A DNA stretch of 64,000 bases from a virus (taxonomy: Duplodnaviria; Caudoviricetes). This document shows positions 30,526-39,787 of this stretch, one piece after another. Location: IMG/VR virus record IMGVR_UViG_3300028887_000067, positions 96,001-160,000 of that record; one strand, 5' to 3'. Position 1 is the stretch's first letter. Every line of letters starts with the position of its first letter. Below the pieces are notes generated by a model. That model saw only the letters and a list, made by a program, of their open reading frames with translations. It ran no database searches and was not told where the DNA came from. A program made the translations under genes and the position numbers.

Positions 30526-30526
30526 G

Positions 30527-30769
30527 ATGGCTAACTGGACGAAGACAAGCGATTCCGTGCCGGCCCACCGGAACGCAGTCGCTATATTTCCTCCGTGGCA
30601 GGGGCATGAGTTTGCCTGTTGGAACGAGTATGAACAATGCTGGGACGGCGATGACGGCGACGATTTCTTGTGCCACAAGAGTGCCGTGTTCTGCTGGTAC
30701 GAAATTCCCGAGGTTCCGGCCGAACTGAAGGCCGAATATTCAGCAGGCGATATATGCCCGAAGACATAA
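30527..30769 (+). CDS. small Trp/Cys-rich protein (DUF551-like)
   Basis: W.K..D..P start and V..W.EIPE.P end. Confidence 0.6.
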   Translation: MANWTKTSDSVPAHRNAVAIFPPWQGHEFACWNEYEQCWDGDDGDDFLCHKSAVFCWYEIPEVPAELKAEYSAGDICPKT

Positions 30770-30972
30770 AGCTAGTGATGGATACGTTTCATGTCGACGA
30801 GGAAAAGGCGCGGATGATGATTGACGCAGGCCTGAATGTCGACTATATGAAAAACGGCTTCAAGGAAACCATTGAAGCCGAAACGAATCTTGGTGACAAG
30901 CTGAAAACTATGGATGAGTCCGTCCGGTCATCACTTGAGCAGGCTGCCAAGTTTGAGAAGGACTTTGAATAG
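30754..30972 (+). CDS. hypothetical small protein
   Basis: 72-aa ORF from ATG 30754 (MPEDIKLVMDTF...). Confidence 0.5.
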   Translation: MPEDIKLVMDTFHVDEEKARMMIDAGLNVDYMKNGFKETIEAETNLGDKLKTMDESVRSSLEQAAKFEKDFE

Positions 30973-31797
30973 GTTCTGGGCGTCGCCTTCGCCCCCTTCG
31001 TCGGATTCCGGTTCGGCAGGCCTGTAGTTCCCGTCTTCGTCCAGTTCGATTGCCCCCTGTGCGTCGACGTCGCCGGCCACGTCCAGCTTTTCGGTGGCAT
31101 CTTCCGTATTTTCCTCGTTTGGCTCCATTTCGGGGGTCTTTTCTTCTTTCTTGCCCGTCCCGTCGTCGACGAACGGGCTTTCCTTTTCCTCTTCCTCGCC
31201 TTCCATCTTCAGCGCGGATTCGGCGTAGCGCTCGAACAGGTCGAGGAGTTGTAGATTCTTTTCCTGCCCCTCGAAGGCGCCTTCCCCTGCGGCGAAGTCG
31301 TACAGGTGCTCGGCCACGGTCTTCCCGTCAAGGTCCCGCTCGTACCAGGCGTTGCCCGGTTCGGTATTTTCGGTATCGCCCGGGACGGTGACGGCGTTGT
31401 AGTTCATGTCCTTTTGGAGAAGCTGCCGGAGGAAGTCGTAGTCTATCATTTCCGTCATACGGCCCAGTGCGGCGTCCACGAGGCACTTCAGAACGCAGTC
31501 GTCATTGGAGTCTTTGGCGGTGAGCACGATTGGGTCGATCATCAGGAGCTCGGGAAGCTTGTGGGCGGCCCAGATGTGTAGCTGTGTAGTCCAGTCTCGG
31601 TCGGAAGTGCGGAGAGGCTGTACGAACTGCATCGGGAACTTCAGCAGGGCACGCCTCGCGTCGGGCGATATGAGCTGAGCTTTCTTGTTCATGCTCGTCT
31701 GGAACGACTCGATGACGGCCCGGTCGTCCGGACGGGCAGCCTTGAGCTCGTTCAACTTGAAGTTCATAATCCTGTAAAAATTCGCCGTTTCCGCCAT
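30931..31797 (-). CDS. late protein with degenerate ankyrin-like repeats and acidic tail
   Basis: DRDWTTQLHIWAA, KDSNDDCVLKCLV, RDLDGKTVAEHL; GATAAACT at 31828-31835 (minus). Confidence 0.5.
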   Translation of the reverse strand: MAETANFYRIMNFKLNELKAARPDDRAVIESFQTSMNKKAQLISPDARRALLKFPMQFVQPLRTSDRDWTTQLHIWAAHKLPELLMIDPIVLTAKDSNDDCVLKCLVDAALGRMTEMIDYDFLRQLLQKDMNYNAVTVPGDTENTEPGNAWYERDLDGKTVAEHLYDFAAGEGAFEGQEKNLQLLDLFERYAESALKMEGEEEEKESPFVDDGTGKKEEKTPEMEPNEENTEDATEKLDVAGDVDAQGAIELDEDGNYRPAEPESDEGGEGDAQNLFKVLLKLGSLLK

Positions 31798-31827
31798 GTC
31801 GGAGCCGTATGGGTACTTGCTAACCGC

Positions 31828-31873
31828 AGTTTATCGGTTTTTGAGCGAAAAAAACGTGACCACTCCATAAACT
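31828..31873. promoter_or_regulatory. divergent pair of late-type promoters
   Basis: AGTTTATC (31828-31835) and CATAAACT (31866-31873), the latter before the sheath gene. Confidence 0.7.
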
Positions 31874-31905
31874 TTGATGAAACAAACGTACCATGAGGTA
31901 TAAAT

Positions 31906-34900
31906 ATGGGAACTAAGATGGGTTTTCCGCCTGGTGTACGCATCCAGCTGAGGGACAACTCCGCATACTCGGTGGAAACGAGTCCGTTTACTACCGCCGG
32001 TATCGTCGGTTTTGCCTCGAAGGGTGAACTGAACAAGATCATCCAGGTGAACTCGACGGCCGAACAGGACGCGAAGCTGGGTTACGGCTATCAGAGTTAC
32101 AAGTACAACCAGGGTATGTACGCTGCCCGTGCTGTGCTCGACGCCGGTGGCGTTGTCGAGTTCGTGCGTCCATACGGCGAGGAAATCGACCGTACTGACC
32201 CGCGCAAGCGCGACTTGAAGACGGACGCCTTCGTGGTGACGTTCGACAAGAATGCCGGCCAGAAAGTCGAGGGCGGTGCGTATGAAAACGAGGCTAACCA
32301 GAACTCGTTCAGAATCGAACACTTCGCTTCGACCCGCTACAAGACCGACGGGGCGTCTTCGTATGGCTTGACCCGCAAGATCAACAATATTTCCGAAGCT
32401 ATCGTTTCCGGAAACAACGTTGACTTTGGTCTCACGGCGTCCGAAGATTTCGCTGACAGCCCCAAGGCTCGTAAGTGGGACGGCTCTCATTGCACCGACA
32501 TGGTGCTCTTCTCGATTCTGAATCGCGATCCGAGCTATGCTTACCGCGCTTATGACCGCTTTGAAGTTGTCGGTACCAAGTACACCGACAGCACTACGGT
32601 ACAGGCTACGCTTTCCTCTAACCCGACCTTCGTGATTGGTGACGAAGTTCTCCTTCCTGCTACGGGCGGTAGAAACAGCACCGTCGACCTGAAGGCCGAA
32701 GTGGTTGACATTGTCAACGAGCGCGACATCACTTTGAAAATTCAAGTGGATGGGGCAAGCAATCCCCCGGCTCCGCAGTATTTCTCCGCTGTTATCTTCT
32801 CTCCGGACCAGGCGACTGCCATTGAAGATGGTTTTGACTATATGAACATCAAGACCGCTGTTGCTGGTCAGGGTGTCAAGAAGTTTGACGCAATTCAGTG
32901 GGGCGTAACCGGTGGAAGCCTTGTCGCTTTTGATCTGGGCTTGATTAAGACCGGAACCGCATTTACTTTCAAGAACAAGAACGGAAACGATATTGACATC
33001 CGTCTGTGGAAGGCCTCTCAGGTAACCGCAACCGTTACGGTGGATGGCGATAACCTGAAAATTGCCGCTACTGGTGCCGAATTTGTCGAAGGCGATGTGC
33101 TGTCCTTAGGTTACAACGACGTTATGTATACCGACCTGTTCGTAAAGGCGATTGACGAAGGCGTAGCCGTTGTTGACAAGCCTCGCGAATTTAGTGTCGG
33201 AACCGGCACCGCCAAGGTGACCATTTCGGAGTGCTCCGAGGCTACGTTCTATGCCGATGTAACGAACGCTGCTTGCTGGAAGGACGTGGCCGACGCAGTT
33301 GTCAAGGTTCTGAACAGTTCCTCGATTGGTTTCGCAAAAACCGCTGTTGTCAATGACATCAATGTTGCTGAAGGCGATGTGTTTATTGTTGACCCGAGTG
33401 CCGCATTTGACTATGCCATCGGTGACAAGGTGATCGCCGTTCTTGGTAGTGATGACGAAGCGACCGTGAACGACGCCATACTCTCCGCCAAGTTGGAAGT
33501 AACCGACGTCAATACATTCAATGGTACGATTAAGGTTAATGTAGCGCACAATGTGACCATTCCGGAAGGCGTGAGGGTGCAACTCCTTAACTTGTCGACG
33601 ACTTCCGCCGTTGCATACAACGCGGTTGTATCGGCAATGGATGTTGAACGCGGTACTACTGTTACCAAGACTGTAACGATTGAAGCAGGCCAGACTAGCG
33701 CAACCACCACACTTAGCGCAACCGCTGGTTATACGCGGTATGCTTTGGTGACTTCTCCAGACACGGCAACCGCTACTTGGAATGGAACTGATATGTTGAC
33801 GGTTTCGATTGCCGAAGCTGCTGGAAGTGATACGGTGGTTACCGTTACCGCAACCCCTGAACGTGATGTCGTTCGTGATATGGTTACTACGTATATCGTG
33901 TCGAGCTACACGATGTATGTCAACCCGACCGAACAGATCGAAAGCGTTGTTGTAGAGAACACCCCGAATGCGTTGGATGCCTTCACTACACACAAGGCTC
34001 TTTGGAACATTGACGTGGAGAAGTCCAAGAAGGTCCTCGCCGACGGCGATATAGGTGCTACCTTCCTCGGGCTCGGCCTTGCCAAGACGAGCTACCTGGA
34101 CGTCGATTTTGACAACAACCCGCGCCAGGTCTATGTTCTGACCGACGAAGGTGTCAACATTGCACGTATGTACCTCTCGATTCGTTACCGCTTCAACGGA
34201 AAAGTCTACGAGTTTGACGGAACTATCATCCCGTACAGCACTTCTTCCCGTATCCAGCTCGGCATCAAGTATGCGGCTGATTATGAGCTCACCAACAGCG
34301 GGCTCGAGTTCGTGCTGAACGATTCTGGAGTCCTCGAGTACTTCCTCGAGAACAGCTCCTACGACCTGTCCCAGTCGCTCGTCGGCGGAACGCTGAACGG
34401 CTCCGTGACTTGCGTTGCCTACAACGAAAATGACCCGGCCATCAAGTATGACGCGGTTTGGTCCTACAACCCGCTCAACAACCGCTCCGGCAGCACTCTC
34501 TCCGCCGTGTGGAACCTCTTCCTCAATAAGGACGGTTCCGACGTGGATATGCTCGTCGCCGCCGGTATGGCCATCAATAATCCGTTCATGAACAAGATTG
34601 AGACGCTGAATACCCAGGTTATGCAGGCGATGTTGAATGTCTGCGAGGCCCGTAAGGACTGCTTCGCTCTCTTCGACGCCGTTTCCGAACCTGATATCGA
34701 AAAGGCTATCAAGAAGGATATGGATGCGGATGGATTTGTGTCTACCATTGGCCGTTGGGGATTCATCTACGACGGACGTGGCCTCGTCATGGATTCGGTG
34801 TACACGAACGGCGAAGCCGAAATCATGAAGTCCATCCAGCTTGCGTCCATCATTACCGGCAACCGCCAGTCCGGCGTTTACTGGCAACCGCCTAGCGGTT

Positions 34901-35430
34901 ACGACCAGGCGCCAGTTCCGTCCGCTTGGGGCACGAAGGAAAAGTACACCCGTACCTATAGCGCCGAGGACAAGAACTGCGACGTTGGCCGCCTGAACGA
35001 TATACACGTCAACGCTACCCGCGTGAACCGCGAGGGAATGATTATCTGGGGCGATTTTACCATGCAGATGGAAGATACCGCATTCAATCAGGCCCACGTG
35101 ACCATGCTCGTTGCCGGAATCCACAAGTCGTTCTATAAGTACCTCGACCACAAGGTGTTCCGCCTCAACACGACCAATCTCCGTGCCCAGATCACGTCCG
35201 ACCTGCAGGGTCGCCTGAACGTGATTAAGCGTGGCAACCCGCAGGGATTGGTCGATGGAAAGGTGATTTGTGATGATACCAACAACACTCCGGACATTGT
35301 CGAACAGAACTTCCTCATCGTCGATGTGAAGCTTTTGCCGACAAAGAGCGCCCGCTGGATCATCCTCCGTACCTCGGTCGAATCTACCCAGAACGGAAAC
35401 AAGATTTCCACCGAAATCATCATGGGTTAA
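31906..35430 (+). CDS. tail sheath protein (gp18-like), enlarged
   Basis: PGVRI...D.S, GIVGFASKGELN; C-terminal CEARKDCFALFD, W.PPSG, IIWGD.T, VICDDTNNTPDIV, LPTKSARWI. Confidence 0.92.
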   Translation: MGTKMGFPPGVRIQLRDNSAYSVETSPFTTAGIVGFASKGELNKIIQVNSTAEQDAKLGYGYQSYKYNQGMYAARAVLDAGGVVEFVRPYGEEIDRTDPRKRDLKTDAFVVTFDKNAGQKVEGGAYENEANQNSFRIEHFASTRYKTDGASSYGLTRKINNISEAIVSGNNVDFGLTASEDFADSPKARKWDGSHCTDMVLFSILNRDPSYAYRAYDRFEVVGTKYTDSTTVQATLSSNPTFVIGDEVLLPATGGRNSTVDLKAEVVDIVNERDITLKIQVDGASNPPAPQYFSAVIFSPDQATAIEDGFDYMNIKTAVAGQGVKKFDAIQWGVTGGSLVAFDLGLIKTGTAFTFKNKNGNDIDIRLWKASQVTATVTVDGDNLKIAATGAEFVEGDVLSLGYNDVMYTDLFVKAIDEGVAVVDKPREFSVGTGTAKVTISECSEATFYADVTNAACWKDVADAVVKVLNSSSIGFAKTAVVNDINVAEGDVFIVDPSAAFDYAIGDKVIAVLGSDDEATVNDAILSAKLEVTDVNTFNGTIKVNVAHNVTIPEGVRVQLLNLSTTSAVAYNAVVSAMDVERGTTVTKTVTIEAGQTSATTTLSATAGYTRYALVTSPDTATATWNGTDMLTVSIAEAAGSDTVVTVTATPERDVVRDMVTTYIVSSYTMYVNPTEQIESVVVENTPNALDAFTTHKALWNIDVEKSKKVLADGDIGATFLGLGLAKTSYLDVDFDNNPRQVYVLTDEGVNIARMYLSIRYRFNGKVYEFDGTIIPYSTSSRIQLGIKYAADYELTNSGLEFVLNDSGVLEYFLENSSYDLSQSLVGGTLNGSVTCVAYNENDPAIKYDAVWSYNPLNNRSGSTLSAVWNLFLNKDGSDVDMLVAAGMAINNPFMNKIETLNTQVMQAMLNVCEARKDCFALFDAVSEPDIEKAIKKDMDADGFVSTIGRWGFIYDGRGLVMDSVYTNGEAEIMKSIQLASIITGNRQSGVYWQPPSGYDQAPVPSAWGTKEKYTRTYSAEDKNCDVGRLNDIHVNATRVNREGMIIWGDFTMQMEDTAFNQAHVTMLVAGIHKSFYKYLDHKVFRLNTTNLRAQITSDLQGRLNVIKRGNPQGLVDGKVICDDTNNTPDIVEQNFLIVDVKLLPTKSARWIILRTSVESTQNGNKISTEIIMG

Positions 35431-35445
35431 TAAAGGAGGTTCATC

Positions 35446-36162
35446 ATGGCACTTAGTGAAGAACAAAAAAAGAAGGTCTTCTGGGCTGGCGCGATTGACC
35501 ACCTCGTTGACCCGGTGCGAAGCACCCGCTGGCGCATGGTCGTACCGACGGATATTTTCCATCTTGTCGGCGTGAACTGCACGAACGGCGTTCATTTCGG
35601 TAAGGAAGGCGGCGAGGACGAGTACGCCCTGCACGTGCAGGGTGGTGCCAAGATTCCGGCCGTGAAGATCAAGGATGCCGCGATTAAGTACATGGGTTTT
35701 GAGAAGTTCTTCCCTGTTCAGCAGGACGGACTCGCCGGAACCATGGACATCAAGGTGTTGCTCTTGGAAGACATGCGTGCGTTCGAGATGATGCTCGCCT
35801 GGAACCAGACTTGCTTCAACCAGGGTATCCTCTCCAATACCGGTACGAACGACGCCATCCACGAGTCCGACCGTACGGCGAACGAAGGCAACAACCACAT
35901 CAACCTGGGTCTCGGACAGCAGGAGAACCACAACAACACCTACGCGGGTCTGTTGCGCAACGCCTCCGTCCGTCTCGAGCTCTACGACTGGATGTACGGT
36001 AACGTCATCCTGAGCGTCCTGCTCGTGAACTGCTGGCCGAAGAACGTCGACGCGTCCAGCTTCGCCCTCGACTACGAGAACGCGAAGCTCGGTACCTTCA
36101 ACGTCCAGTTCCGTTACGACCGCTTCAACCTTTATATCCCGCCTGGATATAAGGTCATCTAG
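35446..36162 (+). CDS. tail tube protein (gp19-like)
   Basis: Directly after the sheath; DPVR..RW, L.NCWPK.V...LDY, F.VQFRYD; strong GGAGG RBS. Confidence 0.85.
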   Translation: MALSEEQKKKVFWAGAIDHLVDPVRSTRWRMVVPTDIFHLVGVNCTNGVHFGKEGGEDEYALHVQGGAKIPAVKIKDAAIKYMGFEKFFPVQQDGLAGTMDIKVLLLEDMRAFEMMLAWNQTCFNQGILSNTGTNDAIHESDRTANEGNNHINLGLGQQENHNNTYAGLLRNASVRLELYDWMYGNVILSVLLVNCWPKNVDASSFALDYENAKLGTFNVQFRYDRFNLYIPPGYKVI

Positions 36163-36181
36163 CGGACTAGCAAGAACAATT

Positions 36182-36208
36182 AAAACGGCGCCTTCGGGTG
36201 CCGTTTTT
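36182..36208 (+). terminator. intrinsic terminator with UUCG loop
   Basis: AAAACGGCGCC-TTCG-GGTGCCGTTTTT. Confidence 0.85.
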
Positions 36209-36264
36209 CGTGTTTTTGGAGAAATTTGCACTATAAACTGGTATTTACTATTCTTGAACTGACT

Positions 36265-36753
36265 ATGAAGTGCGAAGTACGCGATCCGGAAAACATCACG
36301 CCCGTGTCCAGCAAGGATATCGGGGCGATGCGCCGTTACGTGTCCAAGGCTATATCGATGACCGATTCCAAGGGACGGCACGACATCGCTACGCTGCTGG
36401 ACAACACGGCCTACTGCATGGGCGAGGGTTCCGTGATAATGCTGACGCTGATGTTCCAGGAGCGACTGAAGCTTGCCGTACTGGAATATCTGCTCAGGAA
36501 CGCGCAGCGCAACAAGTATATGGCCAGTATGAATATGAAGTATGGTATCGGCCTGATGGACAAGGGGGAACCCGCTGCCCGAAAGATGAACGTCGCCGAA
36601 CTGAAGCAGAAGATTAAGAGGGTGGAACGTTTCATCGAGTTCCTTGACCCGTCTCTGAAGAGGATTCTATCGTACCCGAAGGATGCTGACTACTTGATTT
36701 CCAAGTCGAAGCCCGGCAGGGAAATCGGCGAGATACTGTATATAAACAGCTAG
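36265..36753 (+). CDS. UvsY-like protein, paralog 1
   Basis: TATAAACT at 36232-36239; colinear similarity with the next ORF. Confidence 0.5.
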   Translation: MKCEVRDPENITPVSSKDIGAMRRYVSKAISMTDSKGRHDIATLLDNTAYCMGEGSVIMLTLMFQERLKLAVLEYLLRNAQRNKYMASMNMKYGIGLMDKGEPAARKMNVAELKQKIKRVERFIEFLDPSLKRILSYPKDADYLISKSKPGREIGEILYINS

Positions 36754-36764
36754 GAGTTTTTATT

Positions 36765-37259
36765 ATGGATTCTACGATTCCGGAAGAACTTGTCAATAAC
36801 AACGCGAATCAGCTCATCGATGACGAGGAGATCAAGAAACTCCGCGACTTCATGACGCAGACGTTGAAGAGTACTGACGATAAGGGAAAGCCGGACATGG
36901 AGCGCATTCGGGACAATTCCGCCTTCAATATGGGCGACAACGCTTTCGAGATTACCGGCCTCCTGTTCCAGGAAAGCATAAAGCTGGAGACTATGGAAGC
37001 CCAGTTGAGGGAGCTGATGGGGGTGAAGTACGATACGCTGATGAATACGAGGCTGGGATGGTCGCCGACCAACGAGGGAATCCGTATAATGCTCGAGGGC
37101 GACGAGGACGTGTCGAAGCTTATGCTTGAAGTGGCGAAGCAGAGGCTATATGTCAAGCTGCTGTCGACATCGCAGGAAATCATTCGTTTCTATCCGAAGA
37201 ACGCCCAGTGCCTGATTAATGTGGCATCGTACGGAAAGGAAATCGGCAAGATTCTGTAA
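36765..37259 (+). CDS. UvsY-like recombination mediator, paralog 2
   Basis: Helical; E..KL...EAQL, LEGDEDVSKL..EV..Q...V..L pattern resembles UvsY. Confidence 0.6.
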   Translation: MDSTIPEELVNNNANQLIDDEEIKKLRDFMTQTLKSTDDKGKPDMERIRDNSAFNMGDNAFEITGLLFQESIKLETMEAQLRELMGVKYDTLMNTRLGWSPTNEGIRIMLEGDEDVSKLMLEVAKQRLYVKLLSTSQEIIRFYPKNAQCLINVASYGKEIGKIL

Positions 37260-37268
37260 GGTAAATGT

Positions 37269-37934
37269 ATGGAAACTGTATTAATCGGTATAGCCATAGA
37301 CATCGCGTTCGCAATAGTGGCGTACTTATGCAAGGATATGTTCACCAAGGTGAGGGCGTGGTGGCGTACCCAAGGGTCGACTAGCATCACAATCTCGACT
37401 TCGTGCGAACAGACACACAACGACGCCCCCAAGGCTGACCAAGGCGAACCCGTCGACGTAGAGAAGGTCGCCGAGGATGTGGCGGAGCGTTTCCTTGTCG
37501 AGGATGCGGCGAAGCGTTTCCTAATGAACAGGGTTCCTGGGCTGGCTACGAATATATTGAATAGTATTGCTAGAGCCTACGGGACATACGCAAGTTCCGT
37601 TTCCGACCAGCACGTGCTGAAACTGGGTAAACCCGGAGACATTGTCGGCGTCGTAAACAACCCGTGGGAAACTCCCCGGGGCATTCCTTTCGAAAATAAT
37701 ATGTGGTCTCAGGGTTGCTCGTTCGAGGTCGACTCGTCGAGGTCTGTACCGAATTCTGGGTTACCGTCTCTATCGTTCGAGTCTGGCGCGTTGGCATTGG
37801 ATACGCCGAATCGGATGGCCGAATACGTGCAAGCTACAATCAACAATAATCGACGCTGGGTGGCAGAGCGCAAGGCGGCAGAGCGGGCAAAAATGGGTAA
37901 ATTGATGCACAAGTGGAATGCAGTGTTGGAGTGA
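37269..37934 (+). CDS. hypothetical protein with N-terminal transmembrane segment
   Basis: VLIGIAIDIAFAIVAYL hydrophobic N-terminus. Confidence 0.6.
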   Translation: METVLIGIAIDIAFAIVAYLCKDMFTKVRAWWRTQGSTSITISTSCEQTHNDAPKADQGEPVDVEKVAEDVAERFLVEDAAKRFLMNRVPGLATNILNSIARAYGTYASSVSDQHVLKLGKPGDIVGVVNNPWETPRGIPFENNMWSQGCSFEVDSSRSVPNSGLPSLSFESGALALDTPNRMAEYVQATINNNRRWVAERKAAERAKMGKLMHKWNAVLE

Positions 37935-37936
37935 TT

Positions 37937-38635
37937 ATGGCCGATACAGTAGATCCGAATTCTTTTTTTAGCCTATCGAAGGTAGGCGTACAGCCGACCC
38001 AGAAACCGTCCGGAGATAATGTTTTCGGCGCTTTCGAGCATCATCTCAACCTTCCGAGCGGTTCGACGAAGGACGCTCTCGACAGTGCCAAGAGTCTGAT
38101 CGCGCAGTCTAATGCGCTCGTCCAGCAGAACCAGGAACTTGATTACAAGGAATCGAAGTTTGACGAGTTGGAAGCCGACGACATCAACGATGACCTGCTC
38201 CGTAAAGACCGCGCACGAATCCGCAAGGAGGCGCACGAGCTCTACGACCTTAACAAGAACCTCCTGATGAACCTCTACACCCGCCTCAACTCGCAGGTTG
38301 ACCCGAGCGACAAGATGTGGGCTGCGGTCGCGAGCATGATTTCCGCCCTCAGCAATTCGCTTACGGGCCTAAACAAGATGACGAAGGAGTTCCGCGAGGA
38401 AACGGAGCACGATACGGAGAAGCGCATTCTTGCCGGCGAAATTTCTGAAAATGATACACAGGAATACGATATGTCGCCGACCCAGGCCAACAAGCTTATC
38501 GACGCATGGACTGCGGAGAGCGAGGAGAAAATCCAGCAGGAACTTAAAGAAATGGCCGAGCGCAACGAGAAGACCCTGATCGAGAACCACATCAAAGAAA
38601 CCGAGCAGAAATTGCTCGAACAGGAAAAGAAATAA
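37937..38635 (+). CDS. terminase small subunit (gp16-like), putative
   Basis: D..RIR....L...L...L...DPSDKMWAAVASMI..L...L..L.KM.KE fits the gp16 helical core. Confidence 0.5.
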   Translation: MADTVDPNSFFSLSKVGVQPTQKPSGDNVFGAFEHHLNLPSGSTKDALDSAKSLIAQSNALVQQNQELDYKESKFDELEADDINDDLLRKDRARIRKEAHELYDLNKNLLMNLYTRLNSQVDPSDKMWAAVASMISALSNSLTGLNKMTKEFREETEHDTEKRILAGEISENDTQEYDMSPTQANKLIDAWTAESEEKIQQELKEMAERNEKTLIENHIKETEQKLLEQEKK

Positions 38636-39750
38636 TGAAGATTGCAATAGTAGGAGACCTCCACCTTGGATTCACTTGCCGCAAGGGGCCGATTATGTCG
38701 GCCGTCGTCAAGGGGCAGTACGCTTATATCGACGCTATGATAGCTGAATGGAAGGCTCTCGGCGTGGAACGGGTCGTTTTCCTTGGCGACATTTTTACCA
38801 ACGAGGCTTTCATCACCACGGATGTTCTGGATTATGCTCTCAGGCTTTTCCGTGACAAGCTGGCCGACTTCAAGGTTCACATCATTGCGGGAAACCACGA
38901 TATGCGCTATGTCGACAGCGCCGACGTGTGCTCAATTAGTTTCCTCGGCGCGTTGCCCAATGTCAGCGTTTATGTGAACAGCGTCGGTGTCGAGAAGTTC
39001 GACGGCAAGACTTGGTATTTTGTTCCGTGGGTATTGCCGGCGAACATGGACAACGTATCCAAGTGGTTCGTCAAGATGTCGAGGGGCGACATATCGAATA
39101 GGGTTATTGTCGGCCATTTCGACATAGTAGGGGCCAATATGGGCGCCGGTAACGTCGCGAAGGTCGGGTTTGACCCGAAACGCCTGCTTAATGCCGCCGA
39201 GTGGACTTTCTCTGGGCATTACCATGTCCCGTCCGAGATAACCAGCGACGGGGACGACGGCAAGGTTTCCCGCCTGCTCTACACGGGTTCTCCCTATCAT
39301 ATGAGCTTCTCGCATATCGGAACTGACTGCGGTTATTACTTGATGGATGGCGATAAGCTGGAATTTCACGAGAACAAGGTATCGCCTAGATTTATTTCGG
39401 TCAAGGACACGGAACTCGACTCGTTACCGGATGACCTGTCTTCGTGCATAGTCAAGTTCTCCGCCGATTCCGCACAGTCTGCGGACGCGTTGTCCGACAT
39501 GAAGTTGCGCATTTCGTCCAAGAACCCGGTCTACATTGACCAGGCCTATTACGGCGAGGACGGCAATATCGTCGATACCACCGAGGAGGTGGACGAGGAA
39601 GAAGCGAGGCGCATAATGTCGGCTACGTCCGTCGAGATGGCCGAAATGTACATGGACAAGTATCCCGACATCTTGCCGAAGCTTAACGACGCCACGGCTG
39701 ACCCGAAGCAGAAAATCGTAAGCATGCTTACCGAATACGACGCTAAATAA
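38635..39750 (+). CDS. gp47-like Mre11/SbcD recombination nuclease
   Basis: GDLHLG, LGDIF, GNHD, GHF, SGHYH, YTGSP phosphoesterase motifs. Confidence 0.92.
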   Translation: MKIAIVGDLHLGFTCRKGPIMSAVVKGQYAYIDAMIAEWKALGVERVVFLGDIFTNEAFITTDVLDYALRLFRDKLADFKVHIIAGNHDMRYVDSADVCSISFLGALPNVSVYVNSVGVEKFDGKTWYFVPWVLPANMDNVSKWFVKMSRGDISNRVIVGHFDIVGANMGAGNVAKVGFDPKRLLNAAEWTFSGHYHVPSEITSDGDDGKVSRLLYTGSPYHMSFSHIGTDCGYYLMDGDKLEFHENKVSPRFISVKDTELDSLPDDLSSCIVKFSADSAQSADALSDMKLRISSKNPVYIDQAYYGEDGNIVDTTEEVDEEEARRIMSATSVEMAEMYMDKYPDILPKLNDATADPKQKIVSMLTEYDAK

Positions 39751-39787
39751 TCATTTTGAACTAATTTGAGGTTAAAACCAATTGCAG

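Noticed and set aside
31898-31905. Exact T4 late promoter TATAAATA before the sheath gene
   Set aside because: It abuts the ATG and is the RBS spacer; CATAAACT at 31866 fits this phage's recurrent motif better
33106-36381. 1091-aa minus-strand ORF (and similar long antisense ORFs such as 10569-11795, 12323-13546, 28863-30320)
   Set aside because: Antisense shadows of strongly codon-biased genes (sheath/tube, uvsX, helicase, clamp loader); no motifs, RBS or promoter
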